Positions 46,804 through 56,695 of a stretch of 64,000 nucleotides of DNA are shown here, one piece after another (position 1 is the first letter of the stretch; every line of letters starts with the position of its first letter). The stretch is taken from the NCBI GenBank assembly GCA_964464735.1, contig CAYXKF010000002.1, positions 3,833 through 67,832 on the forward strand, given 5' to 3'. This stretch comes from an uncultured Candidatus Saccharibacteria bacterium. Its GTDB lineage: Bacteria > Patescibacteriota > Minisyncoccia > Phycocordibacterales > UBA1006. The notes under the pieces were generated by a model. The model was not told the origin of the DNA. It saw only the letters and a list, made by a program, of their open reading frames with translations, and did not search any database. The position numbers were made by a program, and so were the translations under genes.

Positions 46804-47907
46804 ATGGCAAAAGCAAAAAAAGAACCGAAAGAGAAAGAATCGACCGATAAGAAATCAGGAAAACTCTCAGAACTTTCAAGCACGATTAAGATGATCCAAA
46901 CCAAATTTGGCGAAGGATCAATCATGAACTTGGGCGAAGCGCCTAAAGTGAACGTGGGCATCATCCATACCGGTTCGATCGGATTGGACCATGCGCTGGG
47001 AATCGGCGGCTATCCGCGCGGGCGCATCATCGAAATTTTTGGACCAGAATCGTCAGGTAAAACTACATTGACCTTGCACGCAATCGCCGAAGCGCAAAAA
47101 GCGGGCGGCATCTGCGCGTTTATCGACGCCGAACACGCAATGGATCCCGAATACGCAAAAAAGCTTGGCGTTAAAATTGACGAGCTTTTGATCTCGCAAC
47201 CCGACACCGGTGAACAAGCGCTTGAAATTGTCGAAAGCTTGGTTCGTTCGGGTAAAATTGACCTAGTAGTGGTGGATAGTGTTGCCGCATTGACGCCAAA
47301 GGATGAAATCGAGGGCGAAATGGGCCAGGCACAAATGGGCAAGCAAGCGCGCCTTATGTCACAGGCACTGCGCAAATTGACTGCCATTGTTGCAAAGTCA
47401 AAGACGATGATCATTTTCATCAACCAAATTCGTATGCAAATCGGCGTGATGTTTGGTAACCCTGAAACAACGACCGGCGGTAAGGCGCTAAAGTTCTATA
47501 CCTCGGTACGCATCGACATTCGCAAGACAGCACAGATTAAAAAAGGCGAAGAAGTGGTTGGATCACGCACACGTGTAAAGATCGTCAAGAACAAGGTGGC
47601 TCCCCCATTTCGTCAAACCGACTTTGATATTTTGTACGGCGAAGGCATTTCACTTGAGGGCGAATTGCTGGCATTAGGAGAAAAGTTTAAAGTGATTACC
47701 AAATCAGGCGGCGCGGTGTTTACCTACGTTCCTAAAAATGGCACCGAAGAGGTAAAGCTTGGCCGCGGATATGATGCTGCCCGCACGTTCCTTCGCGATA
47801 ATAAGCAAGTTAAAAACGCGCTCATGAAAGACATTCGCGGCGCAATGGAAAACGAAGAAGTAACTGATGGTGTCAGCGACCCAGACGAAGCAAACGAGCC
47901 AGAATAA
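46804..47907 (+). CDS. recA: Recombinase RecA
   Basis: [17 protein letters not shown] and GGKALKFY. Confidence 0.99.
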   Translation: MAKAKKEPKEKESTDKKSGKLSELSSTIKMIQTKFGEGSIMNLGEAPKVNVGIIHTGSIGLDHALGIGGYPRGRIIEIFGPESSGKTTLTLHAIAEAQKAGGICAFIDAEHAMDPEYAKKLGVKIDELLISQPDTGEQALEIVESLVRSGKIDLVVVDSVAALTPKDEIEGEMGQAQMGKQARLMSQALRKLTAIVAKSKTMIIFINQIRMQIGVMFGNPETTTGGKALKFYTSVRIDIRKTAQIKKGEEVVGSRTRVKIVKNKVAPPFRQTDFDILYGEGISLEGELLALGEKFKVITKSGGAVFTYVPKNGTEEVKLGRGYDAARTFLRDNKQVKNALMKDIRGAMENEEVTDGVSDPDEANEPE

Positions 47908-47943
47908 ATCCTTCCTACTTGTCTTAATATCAAGATTAGCATC

Positions 47944-47978
47944 AAAGCAAAACCGGACATAGTGTCCGGTTTTGCTTT
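47944..47978. terminator. Bidirectional terminator between recA and efp
   Basis: AAAGCAAAACCGGACA-TAG-TGTCCGGTTTTGCTTT. Confidence 0.88.
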
Positions 47979-48020
47979 ATCGATAACTTTTGTATTCGCG
48001 TTCGAGGTTCGATATTTTAC

Positions 48021-48611
48021 TTATGCCTTATTTGCGCGTTCAACATATTCGCCTGTTTCGGTGTTTACGACAACCGTATCACCAACATTGATGAACATTG
48101 GAACGGTTACTTTGGCGCCGGTTTCAAGTGTTACCAATTTGTTGCTTCCCGTTGCGCTGTCACCCTTAAAGTTCGGTGGCGCTTCGGTTACACTGAGCTC
48201 AACCTTGTTTGGAAACTTAATACCAACATATTTCTCTTCGTCATCAGCGTTGGTAAAGATAGTCGCCGCAACTGGGGTCTTTTCTTTTAAGTATTTGATC
48301 TGCTCGCCCACGACCTCATGATCAAGAGTAAAGCGGTTTTTTGGATTCGCTTCTTCAGAAAACCACAGTTCTCCATTTTTTGGGTTCGTGTATAAAAACA
48401 CGACCATGCGCTCCATCAAATCAGCCTCGTTTACTTTGTCAGATACCTGAAACGAATGTTCCATAACTGACCCAGTAAATAAGTTACGCAGCTTGGTCTG
48501 GTTAACCGGCTTGCGCTGCTGTTTGCGAAATACCCATGAATCTAATACTTCGTATGGCTGGCCTTCGAACAAGATTACCTTGCGCGGCTTGATTTCGTTA
48601 TATTCCAACAT
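48021..48611 (-). CDS. efp: Elongation factor P
   Basis: TKLRNL.TG, P..KGDSA..K..LETG..V.VPMFI..GD..VNT.TGEYVERA. Confidence 0.93.
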   Translation of the reverse strand: MLEYNEIKPRKVILFEGQPYEVLDSWVFRKQQRKPVNQTKLRNLFTGSVMEHSFQVSDKVNEADLMERMVVFLYTNPKNGELWFSEEANPKNRFTLDHEVVGEQIKYLKEKTPVAATIFTNADDEEKYVGIKFPNKVELSVTEAPPNFKGDSATGSNKLVTLETGAKVTVPMFINVGDTVVVNTETGEYVERANKA

Positions 48612-48623
48612 ACGTCAGTTTAA

Positions 48624-48836
48624 TTATGCTTCGATGTACGCAAGCAATCCCATAAAGCGTGCGCGCTTAATGGCAAGTGCCAGCGCGCGTTGTTTTTTGC
48701 TTGAAACTCCGCTTCGCTTGCGAGGCATGATTTTGCCGGTTGGCGAAAGGAACTTGCGCAGCAATTCGATATCCTTGAAATCGACGTGCTTGATGTTGTT
48801 TGTCTTAAAGTAGCATTGTGCTCCTGCTTTGTTCAT
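48624..48836 (-). CDS. rpsR: 30S ribosomal protein S18
   Basis: DFKD..LL.KF....GKI.PR..QR.L..AIKRAR. Confidence 0.96.
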   Translation of the reverse strand: MNKAGAQCYFKTNNIKHVDFKDIELLRKFLSPTGKIMPRKRSGVSSKKQRALALAIKRARFMGLLAYIEA

Positions 48837-48848
48837 AGTTAATTATAG

Positions 48849-49304
48849 TTAAAATGGAATGTCTTCCGGATTAATGTCCTCGTCTGGGTATTCGATCGTT
48901 TCGACTTCGTCAGATTGCGCTTTTGGTTTTGAAGCCGAAGCAGATCCTGATGAAGCGCCGCCTTCGCCTGGGCCACGAGTGTTTCCAAATTGAACGCTCT
49001 CGGCAATGATTTCGGTGCGATATTTTTTAGAACCGTCCTGGGCATCCCAGCTGCGGGTCGTAATACGCCCTTCAATCAATACATTGCTTCCTTTTTTAAG
49101 AAACCTTGCCGAGCTGTCAGCCTGCGGTCCGTACACCACAATGTTGTGATATTCGGTCTGCTCTTTGCGCTCGCCAGTTTTTGCATCCTTCCAGTAGCGG
49201 TTTGTCGCCAAACTAAAATTCGTTACTTTGGTTCCTGATGGAAGCGACTTAAGTTCTGGGTCGCGGGTAAGGTTTCCGATCAAATACACTTTGTTAAGAT
49301 ACAT
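48849..49304 (-). CDS. ssb: Single-stranded DNA-binding protein
   Basis: NKVYLIGNLTRDPE; acidic tail EDIPF. Confidence 0.98.
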   Translation of the reverse strand: MYLNKVYLIGNLTRDPELKSLPSGTKVTNFSLATNRYWKDAKTGERKEQTEYHNIVVYGPQADSSARFLKKGSNVLIEGRITTRSWDAQDGSKKYRTEIIAESVQFGNTRGPGEGGASSGSASASKPKAQSDEVETIEYPDEDINPEDIPF

Positions 49305-49324
49305 ACGAGGTTTAGAGTGAATTA

Positions 49325-49822
49325 CTATTCAATGTTGGCAAGCTCGTCGATCTGCTTGTCAACGGTTTGGATGTCGATCGGCTTTGCCTCTTCGGTCGCC
49401 GTCTCTCCTCCTTCAATTGTATCACGAGCCTTGCTTGGGCGCGATGATGGCGCACGACGAGGCTTTTTTTGTGCACGCGTATCTTCGCGGACAGTCGTGA
49501 TCGAAAGGTAGCGAAGTACCGCCGCATGCGCATCAAAGGCAGCGTTAATTGCCGCAATGCGATCAGGTGTTACATCAAACTTGATCCATCCAAAATACCC
49601 TTGGGTAAAGGTCTTCGGAACATTGTCGATCACTTTGCGCATTGGGTAGGCCAATGTCATTAACCGTGCAGCTTCTTCCATAATTGGAAGACCTGTTTGG
49701 TCGGTAATAATTTTTCGAAGCGCATCAGTGGCTTGCACTGATTCTTCTTCTGAAAGCGTCGGAAGTAGCAAATAACTGACTTCGTAGACGCGCGGGTCTT
49801 TATACTGTACTTCTTGTGACAT
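49325..49822 (-). CDS. rpsF: 30S ribosomal protein S6
   Basis: YEVSYLL, LAYPM, GYFGW and VLRYL; rpsF-ssb-rpsR synteny. Confidence 0.9.
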   Translation of the reverse strand: MSQEVQYKDPRVYEVSYLLLPTLSEEESVQATDALRKIITDQTGLPIMEEAARLMTLAYPMRKVIDNVPKTFTQGYFGWIKFDVTPDRIAAINAAFDAHAAVLRYLSITTVREDTRAQKKPRRAPSSRPSKARDTIEGGETATEEAKPIDIQTVDKQIDELANIE

Positions 49823-49861
49823 AGTACGTTTTAGTGTGAGTTACCCCACATTATGATTAAT

Positions 49862-49910
49862 TCCCCTGCTGCGGCGCAAGAATACGACGCACTGGACTAA
49901 TGGCAGAGGT
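49862..49910 (-). promoter_or_regulatory. Probable S6:S18 leader hairpin
   Basis: CCTCTGC...GCAGGGG stem, internal loop containing CCA, upper TGCG/CGCA stem; upstream of rpsF. Confidence 0.5.
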
Positions 49911-49953
49911 ATCAAGGATATTACTGAAAAATGGCAATTTGTCAAAGGCCGTT

Positions 49954-50823
49954 TTAATTAAAAATCTTGGCAAAGTCGACACCAAAAAATCGTTTATTTG
50001 TTTCAAGAATTTTAAGGGCTAATGTATCAGGATCTTCCCCCCGGACCCTTGCGATATGCTCGACAATATATCGGACATACGATGGTTCGTTTCGTTTGCC
50101 GCGATGCGGAGCCGGAGTTAGGTATGGACAGTCAGTTTCGACCATAAACTTATCAGCTGGAACCCATTTTATGACTTCGTCATATTGAGATGCAAATGTA
50201 ACAATCCCCGTAAACGAAATTGTGCAGCCAAGTTCAATAAATTTTTTGGCAGTTTCAAGTGAGCCAGTAAAACAATGCACATTTGCGCGCAAATCTGGAT
50301 ACGTAATTTTATATTCAGCAAGGATTTTTATGACATCCTCGTATGCATTTTGCGTATCCTTTGTTGGTCGCACATGCAGCATCAATGGCAAATTATGCAT
50401 CAATGCAAAATCAAGTTGATCGCGGAATATTTTTTCTTGCACTACGCAGGTTGTATCCTCAACGCGATAATAATCTAATCCGCACTCACCGACCGCAATT
50501 ACTTTTGACGTCAATATTTTTTCGTATTGGGCCGCGTCAAAAACTTCGGCACGCGAAACAAATTCGTCTCCACCCTCGCCGATCTCGGCTTCATCATGAT
50601 GGCATTTTGCCGTATGGATCGGATGCAGTCCAATGCAGCTAAATACATGCGGATATTTTTGTGCAAGCTCGATTGTTTTTCTTGAAGTATCCAACTGCGT
50701 CCCGACATTAATAAGCGCAACGTTTTGTTCGCGAGCGCGCTGCAATACCGCATCATAATCGTCGGCAAAAACCGCAAAGTTCACATGCGCATGAATATCA
50801 ACAACCGGGATTTTAGGATCCAT
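49954..50823 (-). CDS. tatD: TatD-family DNase
   Basis: DIHAH, IGLHP, VGECGLDY, HCFTG and ETDCPYL.P.P.RGKRNEP. Confidence 0.95.
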   Translation of the reverse strand: MDPKIPVVDIHAHVNFAVFADDYDAVLQRAREQNVALINVGTQLDTSRKTIELAQKYPHVFSCIGLHPIHTAKCHHDEAEIGEGGDEFVSRAEVFDAAQYEKILTSKVIAVGECGLDYYRVEDTTCVVQEKIFRDQLDFALMHNLPLMLHVRPTKDTQNAYEDVIKILAEYKITYPDLRANVHCFTGSLETAKKFIELGCTISFTGIVTFASQYDEVIKWVPADKFMVETDCPYLTPAPHRGKRNEPSYVRYIVEHIARVRGEDPDTLALKILETNKRFFGVDFAKIFN

Positions 50824-50870
50824 ATCCAAATATCATAGCATGATGTTCACATATTCCGAAAATATCCCCG

Positions 50871-50965
50871 TACAGCCTTTTCCAAGGGCTCGCCGGAAGG
50901 GCTTGGCCCTGAGGCAAACGATTTTTGCCAGTAGGAAAATATTCGGGTCCTTGGAAAAGGTTGTA
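50871..50965 (+). repeat. Structured intergenic element (22-bp closing stem, two internal hairpins)
   Basis: Arms 50871-50892 / 50944-50965 pair fully with 3 G-T wobbles. Confidence 0.6.
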
Positions 50966-51017
50966 TAAAAACTGTCCCTTGGATTTTACTCCCCCCTAGA
51001 TGCTATACTATCGACAT

Positions 51018-51581
51018 ATGAACGACTTTTTAAAACACTTTCCAGCCTATCTTACCCGCACCATATTAGTAATTTGTTTTTTGGTGCTGGTAACCACTTT
51101 TACCACTCGGTTATTCCAACTTGTATTTCATAAACCTGAATACAACGCGTTTTGCCCCGATAGCCTATATTCAAAACAATACACAAACGAAGCAAACTGC
51201 ATTGCCGACGGCGGACAATGGTCGCCATACGCAGTAGCACCAATGCAAGTTGACGAAGTACGTCCTGCAAAGGACGCTGTGACGGGATCATGCAACATTA
51301 CCTATACCTGCAACAAGCAATACGAAGAAGCAAACAAAATATTTGAACGAAACATGTTTATCGCGACCGTCGCGATTGGACTTGCACTACTACTGATCAG
51401 CACGTTTATCGCGATGCGCTTACTATCAATTGCCCTTATGGTTTCGGGCGGATTCATTGCCATCTTTGGTGCGCTGCGCTATTTTGGCAACGTACCCGAA
51501 CTGGTGCGCGTCATCTTCTTAGGAATTGGCATCGCAATTTTAGTTTACATTATCGTCAAACGGCAAAACAAGGCTGATTAG
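51018..51581 (+). CDS. 4-TM membrane protein with Cys-rich extracellular loop
   Basis: PEYNAFC..C...GGQW..G.C..C loop between TM1 and TM2. Confidence 0.75.
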   Translation: MNDFLKHFPAYLTRTILVICFLVLVTTFTTRLFQLVFHKPEYNAFCPDSLYSKQYTNEANCIADGGQWSPYAVAPMQVDEVRPAKDAVTGSCNITYTCNKQYEEANKIFERNMFIATVAIGLALLLISTFIAMRLLSIALMVSGGFIAIFGALRYFGNVPELVRVIFLGIGIAILVYIIVKRQNKAD

Positions 51582-53185
51582 TTTTTTCGAAGCGTAATAG
51601 TAAAGGTTGAACCTTGTGCCAAACCAGGCGAGGTTACAGTAACGGTACCTCCATGCATTTCAATTACCTGTTTTACCAAATACAATCCTAATCCCGACCC
51701 CCCGCTTGCCTTTTTACCCGCTTCGCCACGTACAAATTTTGCAAACAATTTTGGCAATTCTGCCGATGGGATACCTGCACCAGTATCCGAAATAGCAATC
51801 GTGATTGTCGACATATCATCATGCAGCGAAACCTTAACCGACCCGACTGGCGTATATTTGATCGCATTATCAACCAAATTGATGATGGCTTGTTGAAGTT
51901 TTGTTTCGTCGCCCATATACGTTAACGGATGAGCAGTTGGGGCAATGTCAGAAATAAGCGCAAGACCCTTATGAGTTGCAACAATGGCAAACTCGTCAAC
52001 CACCTTGCGCACCAATTTTTCAATATCAATGGCCGTTTTATTAAGCGCTAACTTACCTTGATCGATCTTTGAGGTATCAAGCAAATCACCGACTACACGA
52101 ATAAGATCATTAACTGTTGTACCAATATGATACAAGGTCTTTGCCTGCAAGTCGGTCAGATTTTGCACGCCGGCATCCTGCACCGCTTCGACTCCCCATT
52201 TAATTGACGTAAGAGGGCTTCGCAACTGGTGAGTCGCAAGCGATAAAAATTCGTTTTTCTGTTGGTTTAAGTCAGCCAACCGCACGTTAAGATCCTCAAT
52301 ATTTTTTTGATGCGCATGTTCGCGGCCGACCTGCTTGGCCAACGTATATGCAATTAACAGCGCCAACAGCAGTGTTATGGCATTAAGGATATAACCGGTC
52401 GTATCACGGATAAACAAAAATTGCGACGCCACCAGAATAATAAACGAAAAGACGCCGACCTGTATGCCGTATTCGCTAATCTTAAATAAGTTGCCGCGCA
52501 CAATCACAAACAAAATCATCAAAAGCGATATTGGAAGTGCAAACAATCCATACAATCCGATTTCGTAAATGCCGGTTAATGAAGAAATATGGTCGGTGAT
52601 TGAAAAGACCGCCAAAAATGTGACCAGTGACAAAGCTACCATGGCAATCTGGGCACGCTCGACATGTTTAGTTACAAATAACTTGATCGCACCGACAACT
52701 ACCCACAATACTGTCAGTATTTCGACGGTAAATTTGTAATAGGTTAACAGCGCACCGTTTGCGACTTCGCAATATGCGTACGACAATTCGCCAACTGACA
52801 AACCCATGATATTTATTACAAACGGAACCATCGCGACAATACCTAACCCCCAAGCAAGTTTTTTTGATCCTCCAACTTCAGAGGTCAGCGTATTGAAAAA
52901 GTATACCGCCGCCAAGCAAAACAAGACATTAATAAAATCCAAAAGTGACCATATAGCATATACCGCAATATAGTCAGGCATCACCCAAAGCAGCAGGTCG
53001 CCCAACAGCCACAGTGAAAATAAAAATCCGAACCATGAGAACACTCGGATGCGCGGCGCTGATCCTTTAACCAGCGCAAAGATGATGATCAATAGTGTCA
53101 GTGCCAATGGAACCAGGTGCGTATAATACGCGACCGTATGGTAAGCAGCGGTCGTTGCAGTACACGTATTGATCAAAAATTGCAT
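51578..53185 (-). CDS. Multi-TM sensor histidine kinase (HisKA_7TM-like)
   Basis: H-box ATHQLRSPL, N-box NLVDNAIKYT, DTGAGI and GSGLGLY; about 9 TM helices. Confidence 0.93.
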   Translation of the reverse strand: MQFLINTCTATTAAYHTVAYYTHLVPLALTLLIIIFALVKGSAPRIRVFSWFGFLFSLWLLGDLLLWVMPDYIAVYAIWSLLDFINVLFCLAAVYFFNTLTSEVGGSKKLAWGLGIVAMVPFVINIMGLSVGELSYAYCEVANGALLTYYKFTVEILTVLWVVVGAIKLFVTKHVERAQIAMVALSLVTFLAVFSITDHISSLTGIYEIGLYGLFALPISLLMILFVIVRGNLFKISEYGIQVGVFSFIILVASQFLFIRDTTGYILNAITLLLALLIAYTLAKQVGREHAHQKNIEDLNVRLADLNQQKNEFLSLATHQLRSPLTSIKWGVEAVQDAGVQNLTDLQAKTLYHIGTTVNDLIRVVGDLLDTSKIDQGKLALNKTAIDIEKLVRKVVDEFAIVATHKGLALISDIAPTAHPLTYMGDETKLQQAIINLVDNAIKYTPVGSVKVSLHDDMSTITIAISDTGAGIPSAELPKLFAKFVRGEAGKKASGGSGLGLYLVKQVIEMHGGTVTVTSPGLAQGSTFTITLRKN

Positions 53186-53194
53186 GGGCATATA

Positions 53195-53986
53195 TTATAC
53201 CGTATCAGGCATTAAAAAGTTTCCTTCGGGATAGTAATACCAAAAATGATCCGCTGCATCTTCGGCAGGCAGCAATCGGACAATAAGGGGCTTAAGGCCA
53301 AATTCGGCCTGGACTTCGGTGAACGCTGGCAAAAATACGTTGTCGATGAACGGGCGCTCGACCGCATCTTCGGGGGTAAATGTTTCAACCAGTACGCCAA
53401 AACAAATAAACAGCGCCAAGAATTTTTTGTAATACAACTGCGCGCTGTCTCCCCAATCGGCAAAAACTGCGCTGGCATCAAACAGCGACGGCGCAAATTC
53501 GGGATACAACCGCAAAAATATCTTGTGATGAAAATCAATCAACGTTTTACCATCGATCGTATGCACATCACGGATCAACTTGCCGTTTGAAGCATTAAAG
53601 TCAATGATCGTATGATGTTCAATTTTTTCGCCGCCATTTTTACCTGTACCACAATAGACATGGCATTTGCCCAGCATATGCTTGGCAGGATTATTGCTGG
53701 TAAACTTGTCGTCAAAATATTCAAAAAATACCGGTCGCATTGAAGCGTTTTGGGTAAACGAAATAAAGCGACTATTTTCAAAGTTAGGCGTTGCAACGTG
53801 CCGAAACGAAACGCCGACCGGTTCGTGCAATATGTACGGGATCTTTGAGAGCGTATCAAGCCCGATGTATTCAGTAACGCGTTTTTTAAGTTCGGTATCC
53901 AAGTAGCGTTTTCGCACTTCGGTAACCGCATCCTCGACTTGCGTATACACTTCTGCGTCAAATGCTGATAGCGAATCAGGGGACAT
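53195..53986 (-). CDS. Soluble enzyme-like protein of unknown function
   Basis: FRHVATPNFE, EYFDDKFTSNNPAKHMLGK, L.DFHH, F..FGVLVETF and FGLKPLIV. Confidence 0.7.
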   Translation of the reverse strand: MSPDSLSAFDAEVYTQVEDAVTEVRKRYLDTELKKRVTEYIGLDTLSKIPYILHEPVGVSFRHVATPNFENSRFISFTQNASMRPVFFEYFDDKFTSNNPAKHMLGKCHVYCGTGKNGGEKIEHHTIIDFNASNGKLIRDVHTIDGKTLIDFHHKIFLRLYPEFAPSLFDASAVFADWGDSAQLYYKKFLALFICFGVLVETFTPEDAVERPFIDNVFLPAFTEVQAEFGLKPLIVRLLPAEDAADHFWYYYPEGNFLMPDTV

Positions 53987-53991
53987 ATGTA

Positions 53992-54276
53992 TTATAGTTG
54001 GCACTCGCCTGCTTCGACGCATCGCGCAAACATTTTTCCGTCGATTGTTTCGTTGCGAACCAGCGCCCTTTCACCTTCGATGCATCCGATCAGTTGAGTA
54101 TATATATCGTCGCAATCAATTACTTCACACGGATTCGTAAGCATGCACGGTGTCGGTACCGTAACCAAAAAATCCTTATGGACACCAAAGCGTACCAACG
54201 CACCGATGACAGCCACAACAAGCAACGTTGCAGTAAATACGATAAATAATGACCCGTTCGAAGGAGTGCCTTCCAT
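53992..54276 (-). CDS. Small membrane-anchored Cys-rich protein
   Basis: N-terminal TM; 6 Cys; TGGTATACT-6nt-ATG. Confidence 0.65.
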   Translation of the reverse strand: MEGTPSNGSLFIVFTATLLVVAVIGALVRFGVHKDFLVTVPTPCMLTNPCEVIDCDDIYTQLIGCIEGERALVRNETIDGKMFARCVEAGECQL

Positions 54277-54299
54277 AGGGTAAGTATACCACCTTAGGA

Positions 54300-55220
54300 T
54301 TATAAAAGCAGGTAAGTTCCGACGATTAAAAGTATTGCGCCGATGATTTTAAGGGCAATATGCCGGCGGGTTTTTTCGACAGTAAAATACTTAGGCGCAA
54401 AGTATGCCATCGGGATCGTCATTAAATAGACAATAAGAGGTTGGTATCCTTCGATGCTGGTAACAAGGGCAACGGGGGCCATAAGGATGGCAAGAAATTT
54501 AAGCGCATTTCCGGCAATAGTCGCAAGCTCGCTTCCAAAATTTATGATAAAAAGCGCGCTCCCCTTTTGATACAACATCCCAAAAAAATCTTTGCGAAAT
54601 TTGGGAACAATAAACAATAGCGACGCGACAATTCCTGAACCAATATGGCTTACGCCAAGCGTAGCTAAAAAGTGCGCACTAGTGCCCGATCCTTTTTTAA
54701 AAATGATATCTGCCAACACTAAAAGTAAGCTTGCTAAAACCATCCCACGGATCATCTTCCACGGAATATGGTGCGTTTTAGTTTCTTCATGGTAATGCAC
54801 CGAGAAAAATAACGCGCCAGCAAGAATAACAACGATTCCTAAAACCTGCAAAAGGGTCAGTACTTCACCCAAAATAAGAAATCCTCCTATGTATCCAAAG
54901 ACAGGCATCAACAAAAACCAGGCGGTCACGCTTGAAGCTTCAGCATGGAGCAATGCATTAAGATAAAACCAAATTGCAACCACCTGAAGAGCACCCGAGG
55001 CAACAAGTAAAAGGAGCGATGACCCCGAAAGCGTTGCAATATTAACAGCTTGAATTGCGACAATAATACCGCCCACAATAAACAAACATGGGCCGGTAAA
55101 CATAAGCAGTGCTTCGTTTGACGATTCGCCCGCCTTAAATTTTTTTACTAAATACTGATCGGCCAAGTTAACCGCCGCCCAGATAATATGTGCACTCATT
55201 GCAACAAGAAACCAGCTCAT
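54300..55220 (-). CDS. EamA/DMT-family transporter
   Basis: About 10 TM in two repeats; PVFGYIGGFLILGEVL..Q.LG. Confidence 0.88.
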   Translation of the reverse strand: MSWFLVAMSAHIIWAAVNLADQYLVKKFKAGESSNEALLMFTGPCLFIVGGIIVAIQAVNIATLSGSSLLLLVASGALQVVAIWFYLNALLHAEASSVTAWFLLMPVFGYIGGFLILGEVLTLLQVLGIVVILAGALFFSVHYHEETKTHHIPWKMIRGMVLASLLLVLADIIFKKGSGTSAHFLATLGVSHIGSGIVASLLFIVPKFRKDFFGMLYQKGSALFIINFGSELATIAGNALKFLAILMAPVALVTSIEGYQPLIVYLMTIPMAYFAPKYFTVEKTRRHIALKIIGAILLIVGTYLLL

Positions 55221-55222
55221 AG

Positions 55223-56692
55223 TTATTCTTTACGCAAGAAAAGTGGCGTTTCGGGTTTTTTGCTTTCTTTAATCAATGCTTTTAATTTCGCATTGGTCTC
55301 GGGCATTAAAGGATTTAGCATTCTGGCGATGGTATAGAGTTCGATGACAAGTTCCGAGATCAGCGTTTTTCCGGCTTCAAGATCAATCTTTACTAATTTA
55401 AACGGTTCAGTTGATTGGATTTTTTTATCAAGCGACTGCGCGGCTTCCCAGACAAAGTTTGTTGCACCAGCGATATCAAATGCATTCAAGCGGTCAAAAA
55501 ATTCTTGCGGGATTGACTGCTCGGGGATCGATGGACATGCGTCAAGGTATTTTTCAGACAAAGCCAAAATGCGTGATGCAAGATTCCCTAACCCGTTTGC
55601 CAAGTGAGCATTATATGCGGCCTTAAAACGATCGATGGTAAACGGACTGTCTTCGAAATTCCCCACTTCTTTTGCCAAAAACAATCGCAGTGCATCAGTG
55701 CCATATTCAGCGACAATATCTGACGGGTTCACAACATTACCCAATGTCTTTGACATTTTTACTCCACCATCGGCCGTAATGTAACCATTGATGATAATTT
55801 GCTTTGAATTAGGCACGCCTGCTGCCATAAGCATCGCTTGCCACATAGCGCTTTGAAAGCGCAAATTGCCCTTGCCGCAGTATTGGATCGGATTTCCGCC
55901 AAGCCAGTATTTTTGAAACTTTTCACTTTTAACCAAAGCGTCAACGGTTTCAATGCCATCGTCAGCCAATGTTGATATGTAGTTAACCAGCGCGTCAAAC
56001 CATACATACATGACATGATCAGAATCGTTAGGAACAATAATTCCCCACGGCATTTTTGTCTTTAACCGCGAGATCGAAAAATCCTCAAGACCGCGCGCTA
56101 CAAACGATTTAATTTCGTTAAAGCGAAAATCCGGCACGACAAAGTTTGGATTTGCTTCGTATAAATCAAGGAGTTTTTGCTGGAATACCGAATACTTGAA
56201 AAAGTAATTCTCTTCATCGATAAGTTCAAGTTGCTTGCCGGGGTGTTCAGGACACTGCCCGTCAACCAAGTCAGAGTCGGTTTTTTCTTCCTCACACCCA
56301 ACGCAATATTTTGCTTGATAGGTTTTTTTGTAAATGTACCCGCCATCAAAGCAGCGCATCCAAAAATCCTGGGCGATTTTTTCGTGCCGTGCATCGGTGG
56401 TGCGAATAAAATGCACGTCGTCGATCATGCCAAAAATATGAACCGAATTCTTAAACTCTTCGAAACTTTGATCGACAAATGCCTGGGGTTCTATCCCCTT
56501 TTCTTTCGCCTTTTCAAAGATCTTCATGCCGTGTTCGTCAGTGCCGGTATTAAAGTATACATCAAAACCCTGCAATAACTTTGCACGCGCAATAATGTCG
56601 GCACGAATGAATTCAAGCGCATGGCCCATATGCAGTTGGGCGTTCACATACGGCAGTGTTGTCGTAATATACTGTACTTTTTTGTCTTCCAT
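55223..56692 (-). CDS. metG: Methionine--tRNA ligase (short form)
   Basis: YITTTLPYVNA.LHMGH, GTDEHG, YVWFDAL.NY and KMSKTLGN. Confidence 0.97.
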   Translation of the reverse strand: MEDKKVQYITTTLPYVNAQLHMGHALEFIRADIIARAKLLQGFDVYFNTGTDEHGMKIFEKAKEKGIEPQAFVDQSFEEFKNSVHIFGMIDDVHFIRTTDARHEKIAQDFWMRCFDGGYIYKKTYQAKYCVGCEEEKTDSDLVDGQCPEHPGKQLELIDEENYFFKYSVFQQKLLDLYEANPNFVVPDFRFNEIKSFVARGLEDFSISRLKTKMPWGIIVPNDSDHVMYVWFDALVNYISTLADDGIETVDALVKSEKFQKYWLGGNPIQYCGKGNLRFQSAMWQAMLMAAGVPNSKQIIINGYITADGGVKMSKTLGNVVNPSDIVAEYGTDALRLFLAKEVGNFEDSPFTIDRFKAAYNAHLANGLGNLASRILALSEKYLDACPSIPEQSIPQEFFDRLNAFDIAGATNFVWEAAQSLDKKIQSTEPFKLVKIDLEAGKTLISELVIELYTIARMLNPLMPETNAKLKALIKESKKPETPLFLRKE

Positions 56693-56695
56693 ACA

